Assembly: GCA_964016885.1 (NCBI GenBank)
Contig: OZ024756.1
Coordinates: 10,850,001 to 10,914,000, forward strand
DNA: 64,000 nt
Direction: 5' to 3'
Source: Eledone cirrhosa
Taxonomy: Eukaryota
The notes under the pieces: model-generated
What the model was told of the DNA's origin: nothing
The model's input: the letters and a program-made list of their open reading frames with translations, nothing else
Database searches by the model: none
Shown: positions 27,246 to 39,899 of the stretch, piece after piece
Layout: each line of letters starts with the position of its first letter
How positions within the stretch are numbered: the first letter of the stretch is position 1
Program-made: the position numbers and the translations under genes

Positions 27246-27844
27246 AAGAGTGTATGAGGATGTTGGAAAGAGAAGGGTTAGATTTTGAAAGAACTTGTGA
27301 AAGGTAGAATAGCTTGTATTAATAAGAAAATTGTAATGTATAGCTTCCATCATGGTTCTGACAAGTGTTTATAAAAAGTAAATTATTTGAAACATTAGAC
27401 AGCTTGATAAATCTACTACATTACTTATAGCCTTTGGCTTGTTGATTTCTGCCAATATTTTCAGATAGTCATAGATTTCGTGATTTATCACAAATATAAA
27501 GGTACTAGCTGGTGAAATCTGTAGAGTAAATTCTGTAAAATCTAACAACTACAACACTCTCTGTCCAAAATATTACATTTACTTTTCTGCTTCAATAACA
27601 TAAAACTATCTGACATCCTGTTGTGTAATATAGAAGGAATAAGTTCAATTATAGAATATAGTTCATTGTATTCCCATAATGTTATGTCTTATGTCTACCA
27701 TACCGTTAAGGATTAGAAGTGTTGTCACAGAGACATGATTTGTCAGCTAACCATCCACGTCTTGCTTATACACTCCATACTTTGGCATGCGTTCTATAGT
27801 TAGATGTCATTCCTAACATCAACCACTTTATACATACATATATA

Positions 27845-28001
27845 TAGCGATTTTGGTCCATTACGATTTGAACACATATATATATGTCTGTGTTCGCTTT
27901 TCCTTTTTGTTCAGTTATATACAGCTCGGAAAAATCTGTTTCTAAGAGCTAATTTACTGTAATGAGACTATTTTGAGTTTCTAACTCAATATATGCTTTT
28001 G

Positions 28002-28049
<48 letters not shown>

Positions 28050-28062
28050 GTATATATATATG

Positions 28063-28093
<31 letters not shown>

Positions 28094-28850
28094 CAAAAGC
28101 ATGTATTGAGTTAGAAACTCAAAATAGTCTCATTACTATAACTGAACAAAAAGGAAAAGCGAACACAGACATATATATATATATATGTGTTCAAATCGTA
28201 ATGGACCAAAATCGCTAAGGTGAAAAAAATACTAACTACAGACAATAGGGTTTGCTAGACTCAATTTAAGAATTTATTTTTCTTAAACCCTTTAAATCTC
28301 ATCATCAAAAATCAAAAAATTCAGAAGCTTAGAAATGTTAACACACTTATAAAATTTACAAAACTAATATATAAATAACCACCAATTTTTTAAAAAAACC
28401 TAAAATATTGATTCTTCACCCTAAGATAACATAAATTAAATATTTTCAAACTTAACCATTTAACTTTCTGAAAAAAATCTCCTTCTGCATACATTACCCC
28501 CCTCATCTTTCCCCCACTCTCTCACTGACTGTTATAATTCATGAAATGCTTTCCTAGATAAATTGTTGTATCATACATATTAAAATCAAGATAACTGGTA
28601 CATTATGCAAAGTTTTTCTTACTCAAACATTCTCTATTGAATTTATTACATTTTCAAATTTTCTCATTATTAGGGTATAAATATTAAATTTTCTCTTAGG
28701 TTAATCACTACCTTGATTAAATCTTAACCATTTAACATCTCAAGGTATGTCATATATTTTGTCTGATGAGCACGTACTGTTGTACATCTGAAATATGTAT
28801 AATAAAATGTAATTGATCAAAAGAACATCTATTTTATTAATATTTATATT
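27845..28850 (+). mobile_element. Probable PLE terminal-repeat remnant: inverted repeat around (TA)n (27845-28217) followed by sequence with a hammerhead motif at 28755-28809
   Basis: TAGCGATTTTGGTCCATT... is mirrored by ...AATGGACCAAAATCGCTA. Hammerhead UAUUUUGU-CUGAUGA..GUAC/GUAC..GAA-AUAUGUAU-A-AUAAAAUG. Confidence 0.6.
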
Positions 28851-29391
28851 CTAATATATATATATATATATATCATCATCATCATCTTCTACATCTGAAG
28901 TGGTGTGTAACAGAGAAGACTGTGATGGTACAGATATCTATGTGTGTTTAGAGGACAGCAAATGAAATGAAAAAATTCAATTTGAATCTTTCACCATATT
29001 TATTTTATTTCTACTTTGTTTACTTATCACTATAAACTTATTACTTCTAAATATAATGGAAAGAAAGTGGAGTGATACACAACTCTAATCCGAATCTGAA
29101 AAGGAAAGAATTTACAACAAAAAAATAAACTCTCAGCATTAATTCTAACCTTAATCATAAAAAGAAAAAAAATTGGGACACTAATTTTAATCTTGATATC
29201 ATCATTTTCCGTTGGCTTTCCCCACTGTTAGCATAGATATATATATATTTATTTAGGTATGTTGGTTCACCACTGGATAGAACTGGTCATTCCGTATGGT
29301 CAACCTCGATGTAATATTATGGAGAGCACTCAACGTAATGCAACTCACTCATCTTCGTTTGTGTAGTTGGTGGTGCGAGTACAGAGTTAAT

Positions 29392-29737
29392 TATTATAAA
29401 ATAACAGGAGGCTGGACTGGTGTAATTCTTTAAAAGGTTTATTATACTATGATCATTTCAATGACCGGGTTCAGTATGAATCCGGTGACATCATCAGGTA
29501 TTCGAAATATAACAAAGGAATATAATAGACAAAATCCATGGGGTGAAAATCAGAGACATGTGGCCCTCATGTCTCTGATTTTCAGCCCCATGGATTTTGT
29601 CTATTATATTCCTTTGTTATATTTCGAATACCTGATGATGTCACCGGATTCATACTGAACCCGGTCATTGAAATGATCATAGTATAATAAACCTTTTAAA
29701 GAATTACACCAGTCCAGCCTCCTGTTATTTTATAATA
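29392..29737. repeat. Near-perfect palindrome (~169-bp arms, 7-nt loop) carrying mirrored hammerhead motifs (29628-29685 +, 29444-29501 -)
   Basis: Arms differ by one indel in the parts checked. Fold: AUAC-CUGAUGA-stem II-GAA-AUGAUCAU-A-GUAU. Confidence 0.88.
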
Positions 29738-29832
29738 TATATATTTATATATATATATATATATATGTTAAGTATTTCTGTGGAAAAGGTAAAGGAAAAA
29801 TGAGTGCTCTATGTAAAGTATAGAGCTATTTA

Positions 29833-30058
29833 ATTATGTAATAAACAACATAATATAATTATTCCATTACTCAAGGTTTCAGGAAGCTAGACAATTCTAA
29901 CAGAAGCATCTGAATTCGTTCATTAGAAGGAATTTTTATTTGGATATCCAAATAATGTTTCCTTCTGATGAACGAATTTAGATGCTTCTGTTAGAATTGT
30001 CTAACTTCCTGAAACCTTGAGTAATGGAATAATTATATTGTGTTGTTTATTACATAAT
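29833..30058. repeat. Second palindrome centred on TGGATATCCA with a hammerhead-like motif at 29959-30029
   Basis: Arms ~110 bp with a few mismatches. CUGAUGA...GAAAC..GUA with UUCCUU/AUGGAA stem I. Confidence 0.8.
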
Positions 30059-30802
30059 AAAAAAAATTATATATATATATAAAAGGTTTGGCATTGATAA
30101 CAAATATGGCAAGGTTTGATCCATTGTTTTATGATCATTTCAAAATAAGACTATACAATGGGATATATACATATGTGGTATTATTAGTTGGATTTTCTAG
30201 CAACTTGGAGTTTCATAGTCTTTGTTGACAAAGGCATATTCTCCATTATTAGAAGATGTAAGCACAGCCTAGAAACAGTAATCATTAGTCATAAATAGAT
30301 CTGTTAACATTCAAAATTTTAGCTACTTCTGATGATTAGGTGTTTCAAATTTATTTTAAAAATGCTTGACACAAGGGAGAAAATCCTAAGTAAAAATTTT
30401 TCTTTAATTTTTTGGTAGTGTTTGTGTGACAGACAGACCAAAATGTCCTACTGTTATTATAATATAGATTTCATACAAGCATGCTCTACTTTAGCAAGCA
30501 TACTTCTTTTTATCATGAGTGTTCAATGTCTAAATATTGCTTTTTTTCTGTGGGAAATTGATTGGCAATATTTTGTGACTATTTCTCCGATAACATCAGA
30601 CCTTACCATTAATCGGAAACCTTCTAAAAGTCAACAGGTCACATTGTAACCACATAGGAAATCTCTTTCACCCCCCCCCCCCCCCCCCACCACCACCACC
30701 ACCCTCCATCTCGAATGTAAAATGTGCCACAAATAAAAACATATTTTACACTATATATCTGATATCCACCATGTTGGAAACAATTTAATGATGCATGGAA
30801 GA

Positions 30803-30807
<5 letters not shown>

Positions 30808-30849
<42 letters not shown>

Positions 30850-30868
30850 ATATTATATATATATATAT

Positions 30869-30900
<32 letters not shown>

Positions 30901-30930
30901 ATATATATTATATATATATATATTATATAT

Positions 30931-31026
<96 letters not shown>

Positions 31027-31027
31027 A
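30808..31027. repeat. (TA)n microsatellite
   Basis: Direct inspection. Confidence 0.97.
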
Positions 31028-31090
31028 TTCTTCCACATACAGATATGTGTGTGTGTGTGTGTGTTTCTCTCTGTATGTATTTATATATAT

Positions 31091-31434
31091 GGAGGCACAT
31101 GGCTTAGTGGTTAGAGCATTGGCCTTGCAATCGAAAGGTTGTGAGTTCAATTCTCAGACCGGGTGATGTGTTTTTCCCTTGAGCAAGACACTTTATTTCA
31201 CATTGCTCCAGTTTACTCAGCTGTAGAAATGAGATGATAGGGACTGGGGTCCCTATCATTCCACTGCAAAGTGGTTGTGGAGGCGCCACGGCAAAAAAGC
31301 ACCCAGCACTCACTGTAAATGAGGTTGGGTGTTAGGAAGGGCATCCAGCTGTAGAAATCAAGCCAGAATCAGTTCCCGTCCTACCCTTGCAAGCAGGGAA
31401 AAGCAGACGTAAAATGCAATTATGATGATGATGA
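31091..31434 (+). mobile_element. SINE family B, full length
   Basis: tRNA-like head with A/B boxes, V-like domain, 3' half shared with the RTE 3' UTR, (ATG)n tail. Confidence 0.88.
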
Positions 31435-31594
31435 TATATAGAGAGAGGGGGAGAGACATACGCGCACATATCTCTGTGTGCATTGTCAAACATGTATATA
31501 GATATAGTTTTTTCTAAGAAAAATTAGCTATGTGTTTGTCTATTTGCTCTTCACACTTTATATATACACATATATACATATATATATGTGTATA

Positions 31595-34500
31595 TATTGT
31601 TATACTTGGGGAGGGTCATATTTGCGTAATATTGCCAGAATTAATAACAGAACACACTCACTGTTTGGTTGGTTTTCGCTTCTCGCTGTCTTTTATATAT
31701 ATATATCTGCGATCTAACTTACTCGGTCCTCAATGTTGCCATTGACTGACCGGCGGTCAAAAATAATACAGATACAATATAGACACAAACACATATATAT
31801 ATATATAGTTTACATAATTTACATAAATCTTTCGTTGCACATCTGCAACATCGTCAGTGGTGTTATATTCATTGTTCCTCCTGTTGTGTTGTATGTCTAC
31901 GCCATTTTTTATTCAGTCTGTCTATATATTTATTTATTTATTTGCTTGTTTGTTTATCTTATTTTATTTTGTCTTCTTTGCGCATGCGTTTGCGTGGGTG
32001 TATAGTGTTATGTGTGATGTGTGACTAGTGTGTATAGTGTTGTGTCTGCTGGGTGACTAGTGTGTGTTTATGTGCTTGTTGTTATTGTGCTTGTGTATGT
32101 ATTTATTTATCTTATTTTATTTTATTTTATTTACTTATACTTCTCTTAGGTCAGTGTTGTTTGTTTGGGTGTTGTTGTTGTTCCACTCATTCTTTCTGTT
32201 TAGCTTTGGTCTTCTAATTTCTATTTCACTGGCCTCTCTGATTTGCCTATCTGCTGGGTCATTCCTATGTTTAGATATTATTCTAATTTCTATGTTGTCT
32301 ATGTTACCGTCATGTTGTTGTCTAGCATGTTCGTATAGTACTGACCCGTTTTTTCGTCCTTTTAGTTCCCCCCAGTGTTGGTCTATCCTTTCACCTATGC
32401 TACGAGCTGTCTCACCTATGTATGTTGTTGTCATGTTTCTGCAAGTACCCTCTGTACATCTTATGCTATAGACTACGTTTCTAGTTTTACAGTTTATCCG
32501 GGGGTTCACCTTACATATGATACACTTCCTATTGGTACAGTGGGTTTTCTTAAAAGGGTAGGTTTTGCTGATCAGGGATTTTATGGTGGTTCCTGGCTTT
32601 TCTACCACCTTTATTTTTAAGTGGGTCTTTCTCAGGGCCTTTCTACACTGGTTAGCTAATTTCCCTCCAGGGGTGGCATCCACAAACATGACAATCTGAT
32701 ATCTCTAGTTGTCGTACCACGATGTGGCCTTCCCTATCTTATGTCTAGCCCTATCTAAGCTATTCCATGATTTGCTCCTGTATAGTGGGCAGATTCCTTT
32801 CATGTCCAGTTCTATGAGGGTCTTATACTTTTCCATGGCTCCTTCGTATACTCTGACTCTGTCTCTTTGGTTGTAGCCAGAGAACTGCATGCGGTTGATG
32901 AAGTGTTGGATGTGTCCTTCCATTTCTGTTGGGTCGCACATGCTGGACACATTCTTCATCACTCGTACCAAATCTGCGATCAGAATATTAAACTTAGCAC
33001 TACTGGACATTGCTGAGTTTTTGAGTATCAGGTATTTGGAGGCCATGGGTTTAGCATAGTGTGAGTGGAGAATTTGGGCTCTCTCGTCTATAGTGTTAAT
33101 CCAGAGTTCTGTGTCTAATACAGGTAGTCTATTGTTAGGGTGTTTGGAAGGGAAGTCTATAGTTACAGTTATACTCTGGTGTATGGAATTAGCTATCTGC
33201 TGGATGCTTTCCATCGTGCTACGTTCTAAATCAAACTTGTTAGTGCTCTCTAGTGGGGGTGTTCTTATAACTATATTGATATCATCTACATAACGAGAGT
33301 ACATGATGAGGTCTATGGAGCTTTCATTAAGGAGATCTTTAAGTCTCCTTTCCCACCATACCATGAAAAGGTTGGCAACATCACCAGCTATGCTGACGCC
33401 GATGGCTGCTCCCTCATTTTGGGTGTAGATTTTCTCATTGAACTTAAATATGTGGCCCTTTAGGGTAGTTTTGATACTAGCCCCTATTGCATGTGCGACC
33501 ATTTTTTTTTTCTTACCCGATCAGTGTTTTGGGGGGTCCGTATAGCTTTGGTCCACCCAATCCACCTTCCTGTGGGAGTCTTTTTAGCCATTGAGGTTAT
33601 GGTGGGGGGTCTACCTCTTATAGGTCTACTAGGGCAGAAACATTTAAGGTCATGGCTGTCTAGGTAGTCAGTGTCGTAGGTAAGTCTAAGTAGGAGGCCC
33701 AGTTCGAACTCCACCTCACTCTCAATGATCATCTCCACACATCTTTTCACAGCAAAATCAATGTTAATGGATGGGTACAGTGACACTACATCCATGCTGC
33801 CTATTATGCAGTTGGATAGGCTCCTGTTTTTGTTGCACTCACTGATTCTGCTGAGGAGGTCCTCTGTACTTTCACATACATCTGGGGACATCTTGATTAT
33901 GGGGCGTATAACCATTGAGAAGAAGTAGGAGATCCTGTAGTTGCTAGCTATATTAGCTCCGCATACGGGTCTTGTTGGTGGTCCTGTTGTCGGGTCGTCG
34001 ACTGTCTTGTGGTCTTTGCGGAGCCCATACAAGGGTGGTATGCCATTGTTAGACGCCTGGAAGTTGTTGGCAGTGCGTCTGCTTGGCTTTAGGATGTCAG
34101 TCCACATCATCATGTGAGCGTTGAGGATTTTTTCTCTCCCATCGTGTGTTAGTTGTGCAACTTCGCTCGTGTTGGTGATGTGGGGTTGCATTGCCTCGAT
34201 GTAGTTCGGCATGCTATCTATTGACATCCTACCAGACTTATCTGTGGGTAGGCACACTACCTCACCATCCCTTGTGCGCTGCTTGAGGCTAACCAAGCCT
34301 TCTACAGGTTTTCTCCCAAGTTGTTGGGCCTCTGGTCTGCTCTGTCTCATAGTGTACCTGTCTACTACCTGTCTAATCTTATTTCTAGCTATGGTGAACT
34401 GTGCCTCCGTCTCGTCATCTATTTGCTGTGGTATGCAAACTCTTTTATTAAAGGGTAACCTCGTAGGATAGATATTACTATGGATTAACACTATAGACGA

Positions 34501-36026
34501 GAGAGCCCAAATTCTCCACTCACACTATGCTAAACCCATGGCCTCCAAATACCTGATACTCAAAAACTCAGCAATGTCCAGTAGTGCTAAGTTTAATATT
34601 CTGATCGCAGATTTGGTACGAGTGATGAAGAATGTGTCCAGCATGTGCGACCCAACAGAAATGGAAGGACACATCCAACACTTCATCAACCGCATGCAGT
34701 TCTCTGGCTACAACCAAAGAGACAGAGTCAGAGTATACGAAGGAGCCATGGAAAAGTATAAGACCCTCATAGAACTGGACATGAAAGGAATCTGCCCACT
34801 ATACAGGAGCAAATCATGGAATAGCTTAGATAGGACTAGACATAAGATAGGGAAGGCCACATCGTGGTACGACAACTAGAGATATCAGATTGTCATGTTT
34901 GTGGATGCCACCCCTGGAGGGAAATTAGCTAACCAGTGTAGAAAGGCCCTGAGAAAGACCCACTTAAAAATAAAGGTGGTAGAAAAGCCAGGAACCACCA
35001 TAAAATCCCTGATCAGCAAAACCTACCCTTTTAAGAAAACCCACTGTACCAATAGGAAGTGTATCATATGTAAGGTGAACCCCCGGATAAACTGTAAAAC
35101 TAGAAACGTAGTCTATAGCATAAGATGTACAGAGGGTACTTGCAGAAACATGACAACAACATACATAGGTGAGACAGCTCGTAGCATAGGTGAAAGGATA
35201 GACCAACACTGGGGGGAACTAAAAGGACGAAAAAACGGGTCAGTACTATACGAACATGCTAGACAACAACATGACGGTAACATAGACAACATAGAAATTA
35301 GAATAATATCTAAACATAGGAATGACCCAGCAGATAGGCAAATCAGAGAGGCCAGTGAAATAGAAATTAGAAGACCAAAGCTAAACAGAAAGAATGAGTG
35401 GAACAACAACAACACCCAAACAAACAACACTGACCTAAGAGAAGTATAAGTAAATAAAATTAAATAAAATAAGATAAATAAATACATACACAAGCACAAT
35501 AACAACAAGCACATAAACACACACTAGTCACCCAGCAGACACAACACTATACACACTAGTCACACATCACACATAACACTATACACCCACGCAAACGCAT
35601 GCGCAAAGAAGACAAAATAAAATAAGATAAACAAACAAGCAAATAAATAAATAAATATATAGACAGACTGAATAAAAAATGGCGTAGACATACAACACAA
35701 CAGGAGGAACAATGAATATAACACCACTGACGATGTTGCAGATGTGCAACGAAAGATTTATGTAAATTATGTAAACTATATATATATATATGTGTTTGTG
35801 TCTATATTGTATCTGTATTATTTTTGACCGCCGGTCAGTCAATGGCAACATTGAGGACCGAGTAAGTTAGATCGCAGATATAATAAAAGACAGCGAGAAG
35901 CGAAAACCAACCAAACAGTGAGTGTGTTCTGTTATTAATTCTGGCAATATTACGCAAATATGACCCTCCCCAAGTATAACAATATCTGTTTCGACACACG
36001 ATTTCATATAAAAAACCTCGCAAAAC
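31595..36026. mobile_element. Penelope-like element, inverted head-to-head structure: long minus copy 31595-34476 plus short plus copy 34478-36026
   Basis: RT (DVVSLYPSI, QNEGAAIG, RYVDD, LPVLD), Cys-rich linker and C-terminal GIY-YIG (VVYSIRC...YIGETARS). Arms of ~1.5 kb are almost identical. Flanked by TA-rich repeats. Confidence 0.93.
32135..34476 (-). pseudogene. PLE RT + GIY-YIG endonuclease ORF, 5'-truncated, frameshift in an A-run (~33502-33511) and in-frame TAG at 32705-32707
   Basis: ORF track 33484-34491, 32705-33502 and 32135-32689 join into one RT-EN protein. Confidence 0.88.
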
Positions 36027-36117
36027 TAATATGTGTATATATATACATATATATATGTGTATATATATACATATATATATATATACGCACACATATATAT
36101 ATATTTATGTGTATATA

Positions 36118-36194
<77 letters not shown>

Positions 36195-36399
36195 GTACCT
36201 TTATATAGACAGCTGTATAAAAAAGTGCAAGGTCATCAAAAAGATATTGTGACTGGCTCGACACCTTTGGCGCTATGCAGTAATACAGAAGACCCACCTT
36301 CCCTGCATACAAAGTTAAACCTACAGTCAATAGGCAACTCTTAACCAAATATACACCCCACTACCCACTACTCCATCCTCCCACTCCCACCAACACCAC

Positions 36400-36794
36400 C
36401 CTGTAAAGTTATGTTGGTACCACAGAACATCCAGTCCACACTAAAGTGGTTGAGTAGGAGTCATGACAAAAAGCACCCAGTTCACACTGTAAAGTGATCG
36501 TGTAGGGGACACGGTAAAAAGCTCCCAGTCCACACTGTAAAGTGATCATGTAGGGGACACAGTAAAAAGCTTCCAGTCCACACTGTAAAGTGATCATGTA
36601 GGGGACACGGTAAAAATCTCCCAGTCCACACTGTAAATGTGGGTTGCTGTTAGGAAGGGCATCCAGCCGTAGAAAACCTGCCAGATAGTCCTGTAGGAGT
36701 GAGACACGGTCACCCGATCAATCTTGCCACAAGTGGACAATTTCCATCTAACCCATGCTAGCGTGGAAGATAGACATTAAATGATGATGATGAT
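36400..36794 (+). mobile_element. RTE-type 3' UTR variant with ~45-bp tandem repeats
   Basis: GTTAGGAAGGGCATCCAGCCGTAGAAA and AACCCATGCTAGCGTGGAAG + (ATG)n. Confidence 0.7.
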
Positions 36795-37857
36795 TTAGGC
36801 ATTCAACTGCATCAGGAATCTCTGTGGAATATCGTGCACTTGTACGGCATTCCTGTAAGATTCATCGCCATTTTCAAGGTCCTGTATTCAAACTCCAGCT
36901 GCTACGTGCAAAGTGAGTCCAGTGTGATGGAGTTCTTTGACATTGTCTCCAGAGTCAGACAGGGCTGCATTCTCTCTCCGCTGTTGTTCCTGTTGGCAGC
37001 CGATTTCGTTCTGAGGTGAACAGATGAAGGACCCGATTGAGGAATCCCACGGAGAAGCCAGTCGAGGCCGAGGTTACCTGGCATTCACTGATCACATCGC
37101 TTTGATCGCTGAAGACAGTGTAGATCTGCAGGCCCTAACAACATCCCCTGCAAGAGAGTGCGGAAAAGATCAGCCTGAGAATCAACACCAAATAGACCAA
37201 GGTGATGAGAACAGCCAACAACACAGGTCCAGTGATCAGAGTCAACCAACAAGACCTGGAGGAAGTCGATCACTTCACATATCTGGCCAGCATCCTGGCA
37301 AGCAATGGCAACACAGAGCTCGACATCAACTGTTGGGTCAGCAAAGGAGCCACTGTTTTCCAACGGATGCACCCAGTCTGGTCATCTTCATGCATCAGCA
37401 CCAGGATCAAGCTACACCTGTATAAGAGCATCATGCTGCTGACAGTGATTTACGCGAGTGAAACCAAAGATAGACAGACAGCTGAACACATTCCACCAAC
37501 GGTGGCTGCATAGGATCCTTCGAGTGTCCTGGTGCGACCGAGTGCAAAACAAAGAAATTCTGCAAAGAGCCGAGTCATGGACGCTATAGAGGGTGGTAAC
37601 AGAGTACTGGTGTCACCTGGCTGGCCATATTCTGTGCCTGCCAAACGTACACTCGTAAACAGCTCGTAAACTGACTCCACCTGGTGGCATATGGAGGCAG
37701 GGTTGCCCCAGGATCACCTGGTGATGAACATTCCGAAGAGACCTGATGATAGCCAACATTAGTTGGTGCAGGTGCAAAACAGCCGCCGCTGATCGTGACC
37801 ATTGGCAAGTACTTACTGCTCGATGTGCCAAACACCGCAGAAGAACCTAAGACTAAG
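36795..37857 (+). pseudogene. Degraded RTE-clade RT fragment (family different from 40684)
   Basis: GIPVRFIAIFKVLY, VRQGCILSPLLFLL and LEEVDHFTYLASI, with several frameshifts. Confidence 0.75.
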
Positions 37858-39569
37858 ATGTATATGTATATATATATCATCATCATCATCATCATCATTT
37901 TATGTCCACTTTTCCCTGCTTGCAAGGGTGGGACGGGAACTGATTCTGGCTTGATTTCTACAGCTGGATGCCCTTCCTAACACCAACCTCATTTACAGCG
38001 AGTGCTGGGTGCTTTTTTGCCGTGGCACCTCCACGACCACTTTGCAGTGGAATGATAGGGACCCCAGTCCCTATCATCTCATTTCTACAGCTGAGTAAAC
38101 TGGAGCAATGTGAAATAAAGTGTCTTGCTCAAGGAAACAACACATCACCCGGTCTGAGAATTGAACTCACAACCTTTCGATTGCAAGGCCAATGCTCTAA
38201 CCACTAAGCCATGTGCCATGTATATGTATATATATATATCATCATCATCATCATTTTATGTCCGCTTTTCCCTGCTTGCAAGGGTGGGATGGGAACTGAT
38301 TCTGGCTTGATTTCTACAGCTGGATGCCCTTCCTAACACCAACCTCATTTACAGTGAGTGCTGGGTGCTTTTTTGCCATGGCACCTCCACGACCACTTTG
38401 CAGTGGAATGATAGGGACCCCAGTCCCTATCCTCTCATTTCTACAGCTGAGTAAACTGGAGCAATGTGAAATAAAGTGTCTTGCTCAAGGAAACAACACA
38501 TCACCCGGTCTGAGAATTGAACTCACAACCTTTCGATTGCAAGGCCAATGCTCTAACCACTAAGCCATGTGCCATGTATATGTATATATATATATCATCA
38601 TCATCATCATTTTATGTCCGCTTTTCCCTGCTTGCAAGGGTGGGACGGGAACTGATTCTGGCTTGATTTCTACAGCTGGATGCCCTTCCTAACACCAACC
38701 TCATTTACAGTGAGTGCTGGGTGCTTTTTTTGCCGTGGCACCTCCACGACCACTTTGCAGTGGAATGATAGGGACCCCAGTCCCTATCCTCTCATTTCTA
38801 CAGCTGAGTAAACTGGAGCAATGTGAAATAAAGTGTCTTGCTCAAGGAAACAACACATCACCCGGTCTGAGAATTGAACTCACAACCTTTCGATTGCAAG
38901 GCCAATGCTCTAACCACTAAGCCATGTGCCATGTATATGTATATATATATATCATCATCATCATCATTTTATGTCCGCTTTTCCCTGCTTGCAAGGGTGG
39001 GACGGGAACTGATTCTGGCTTGATTTCTACAGCTGGATGCCCTTCCTAACACCAACCTCATTTACAGTGAGTGCTGGGTGCTTTTTTTGCCGTGGCACCT
39101 CCACGACCACTTTGCAGTGGAATGATAGGGACCCCAGTCCCTATCCTCTCATTTCTACAGCTGAGTAAACTGGAGCAATGTGAAATAAAGTGTCTTGCTC
39201 AAGGAAACAACACATCACCCGGTCTGAGAATTGAACTCACAACCTTTCGATTGCAAGGCCAATGCTCTAACCACTAAGCCATGTGCCATGTATATGTATA
39301 TATATATATCATCATCATCATCATTTTATGTCCGCTTTTCCCTGCTTGCAAGGGTGGGACGGGAACTGATTCTGCTTGATTTCTACAGCTGGATGCCCTT
39401 CCTAACACCAACCTCATTTACAGTGAGTGCTGGGTGCTTTTTTTGCCGTGGCACCTCCACGACCACTTTGCAGTGGAATGATAGGGACCCCAGTCCCTAT
39501 CCTCTCATTTCTACAGCTGAGTAAACTGGAGCAATGTGAAATAAAGTGTCTTGCTCAAGGAAACAACAC
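37858..39569 (-). repeat. Head-to-tail tandem array of SINE B, ~357-bp unit, ~4.8 copies
   Basis: Units start at ~37858, 38218, 38574, 38931 and 39288, each including the same flanking ATGTATATGTATATA..(CAT)n. Confidence 0.93.
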
Positions 39570-39730
39570 TATATAAAAGAAATAGGATTTCACTTAAAGC
39601 ATATGCTTGAAACGAAATCCTATTTCTTTTCTATTATAAGTTGAGCCAACTTATGCAGCTTCATATGCAAATGAGATTAATCACCTCATTTACACTGATG
39701 AGAAAACTATATATTCTCGGCTGTTTTTAA

Positions 39731-39825
39731 GTCCAGCAGTCGCAGAGCGGTGGGAGGGATCATCCTGACGACGGCCAGTTAAGCCTGAAATCCATAGACG
39801 GTTGTCCCCCTTGCTTCTGCTGGAC
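39731..39825 (+). ncRNA. Minimal hammerhead-like motif (possibly degenerate)
   Basis: CUGACGA-C-GGC-CAGUUAA-GCC-U-GAAA-UCCAU-A, stem I GAUCAUC/GACGGUU (1 mismatch), outer GUCCAGCAG/CUGCUGGAC pairing. Confidence 0.5.
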
Positions 39826-39899
39826 AACACTAGAGGGTGTTCGCATAGCTACGGCTTCCTAAAATCGTATTTCGAAAGAAATACGAAATTTCTATACAT

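Noticed and set aside
27320-27548. ~75-codon open frame on the minus strand (possible exon)
   Set aside because: No recognisable domain or convincing splice-site pair.
30425-30468. Helitron 5' end (TCTATATTATAAT..GTCTGTCTGTC on minus)
   Set aside because: Suggestive, but no matching hairpin-CTAG 3' end was found nearby.
31091-31165. tRNA gene
   Set aside because: The A/B boxes belong to a SINE head with no complete cloverleaf. The same applies to SINE A heads.
34877-34879. Selenocysteine recoding in the PLE
   Set aside because: The codon is TAG, not TGA, and no SECIS was recognised.
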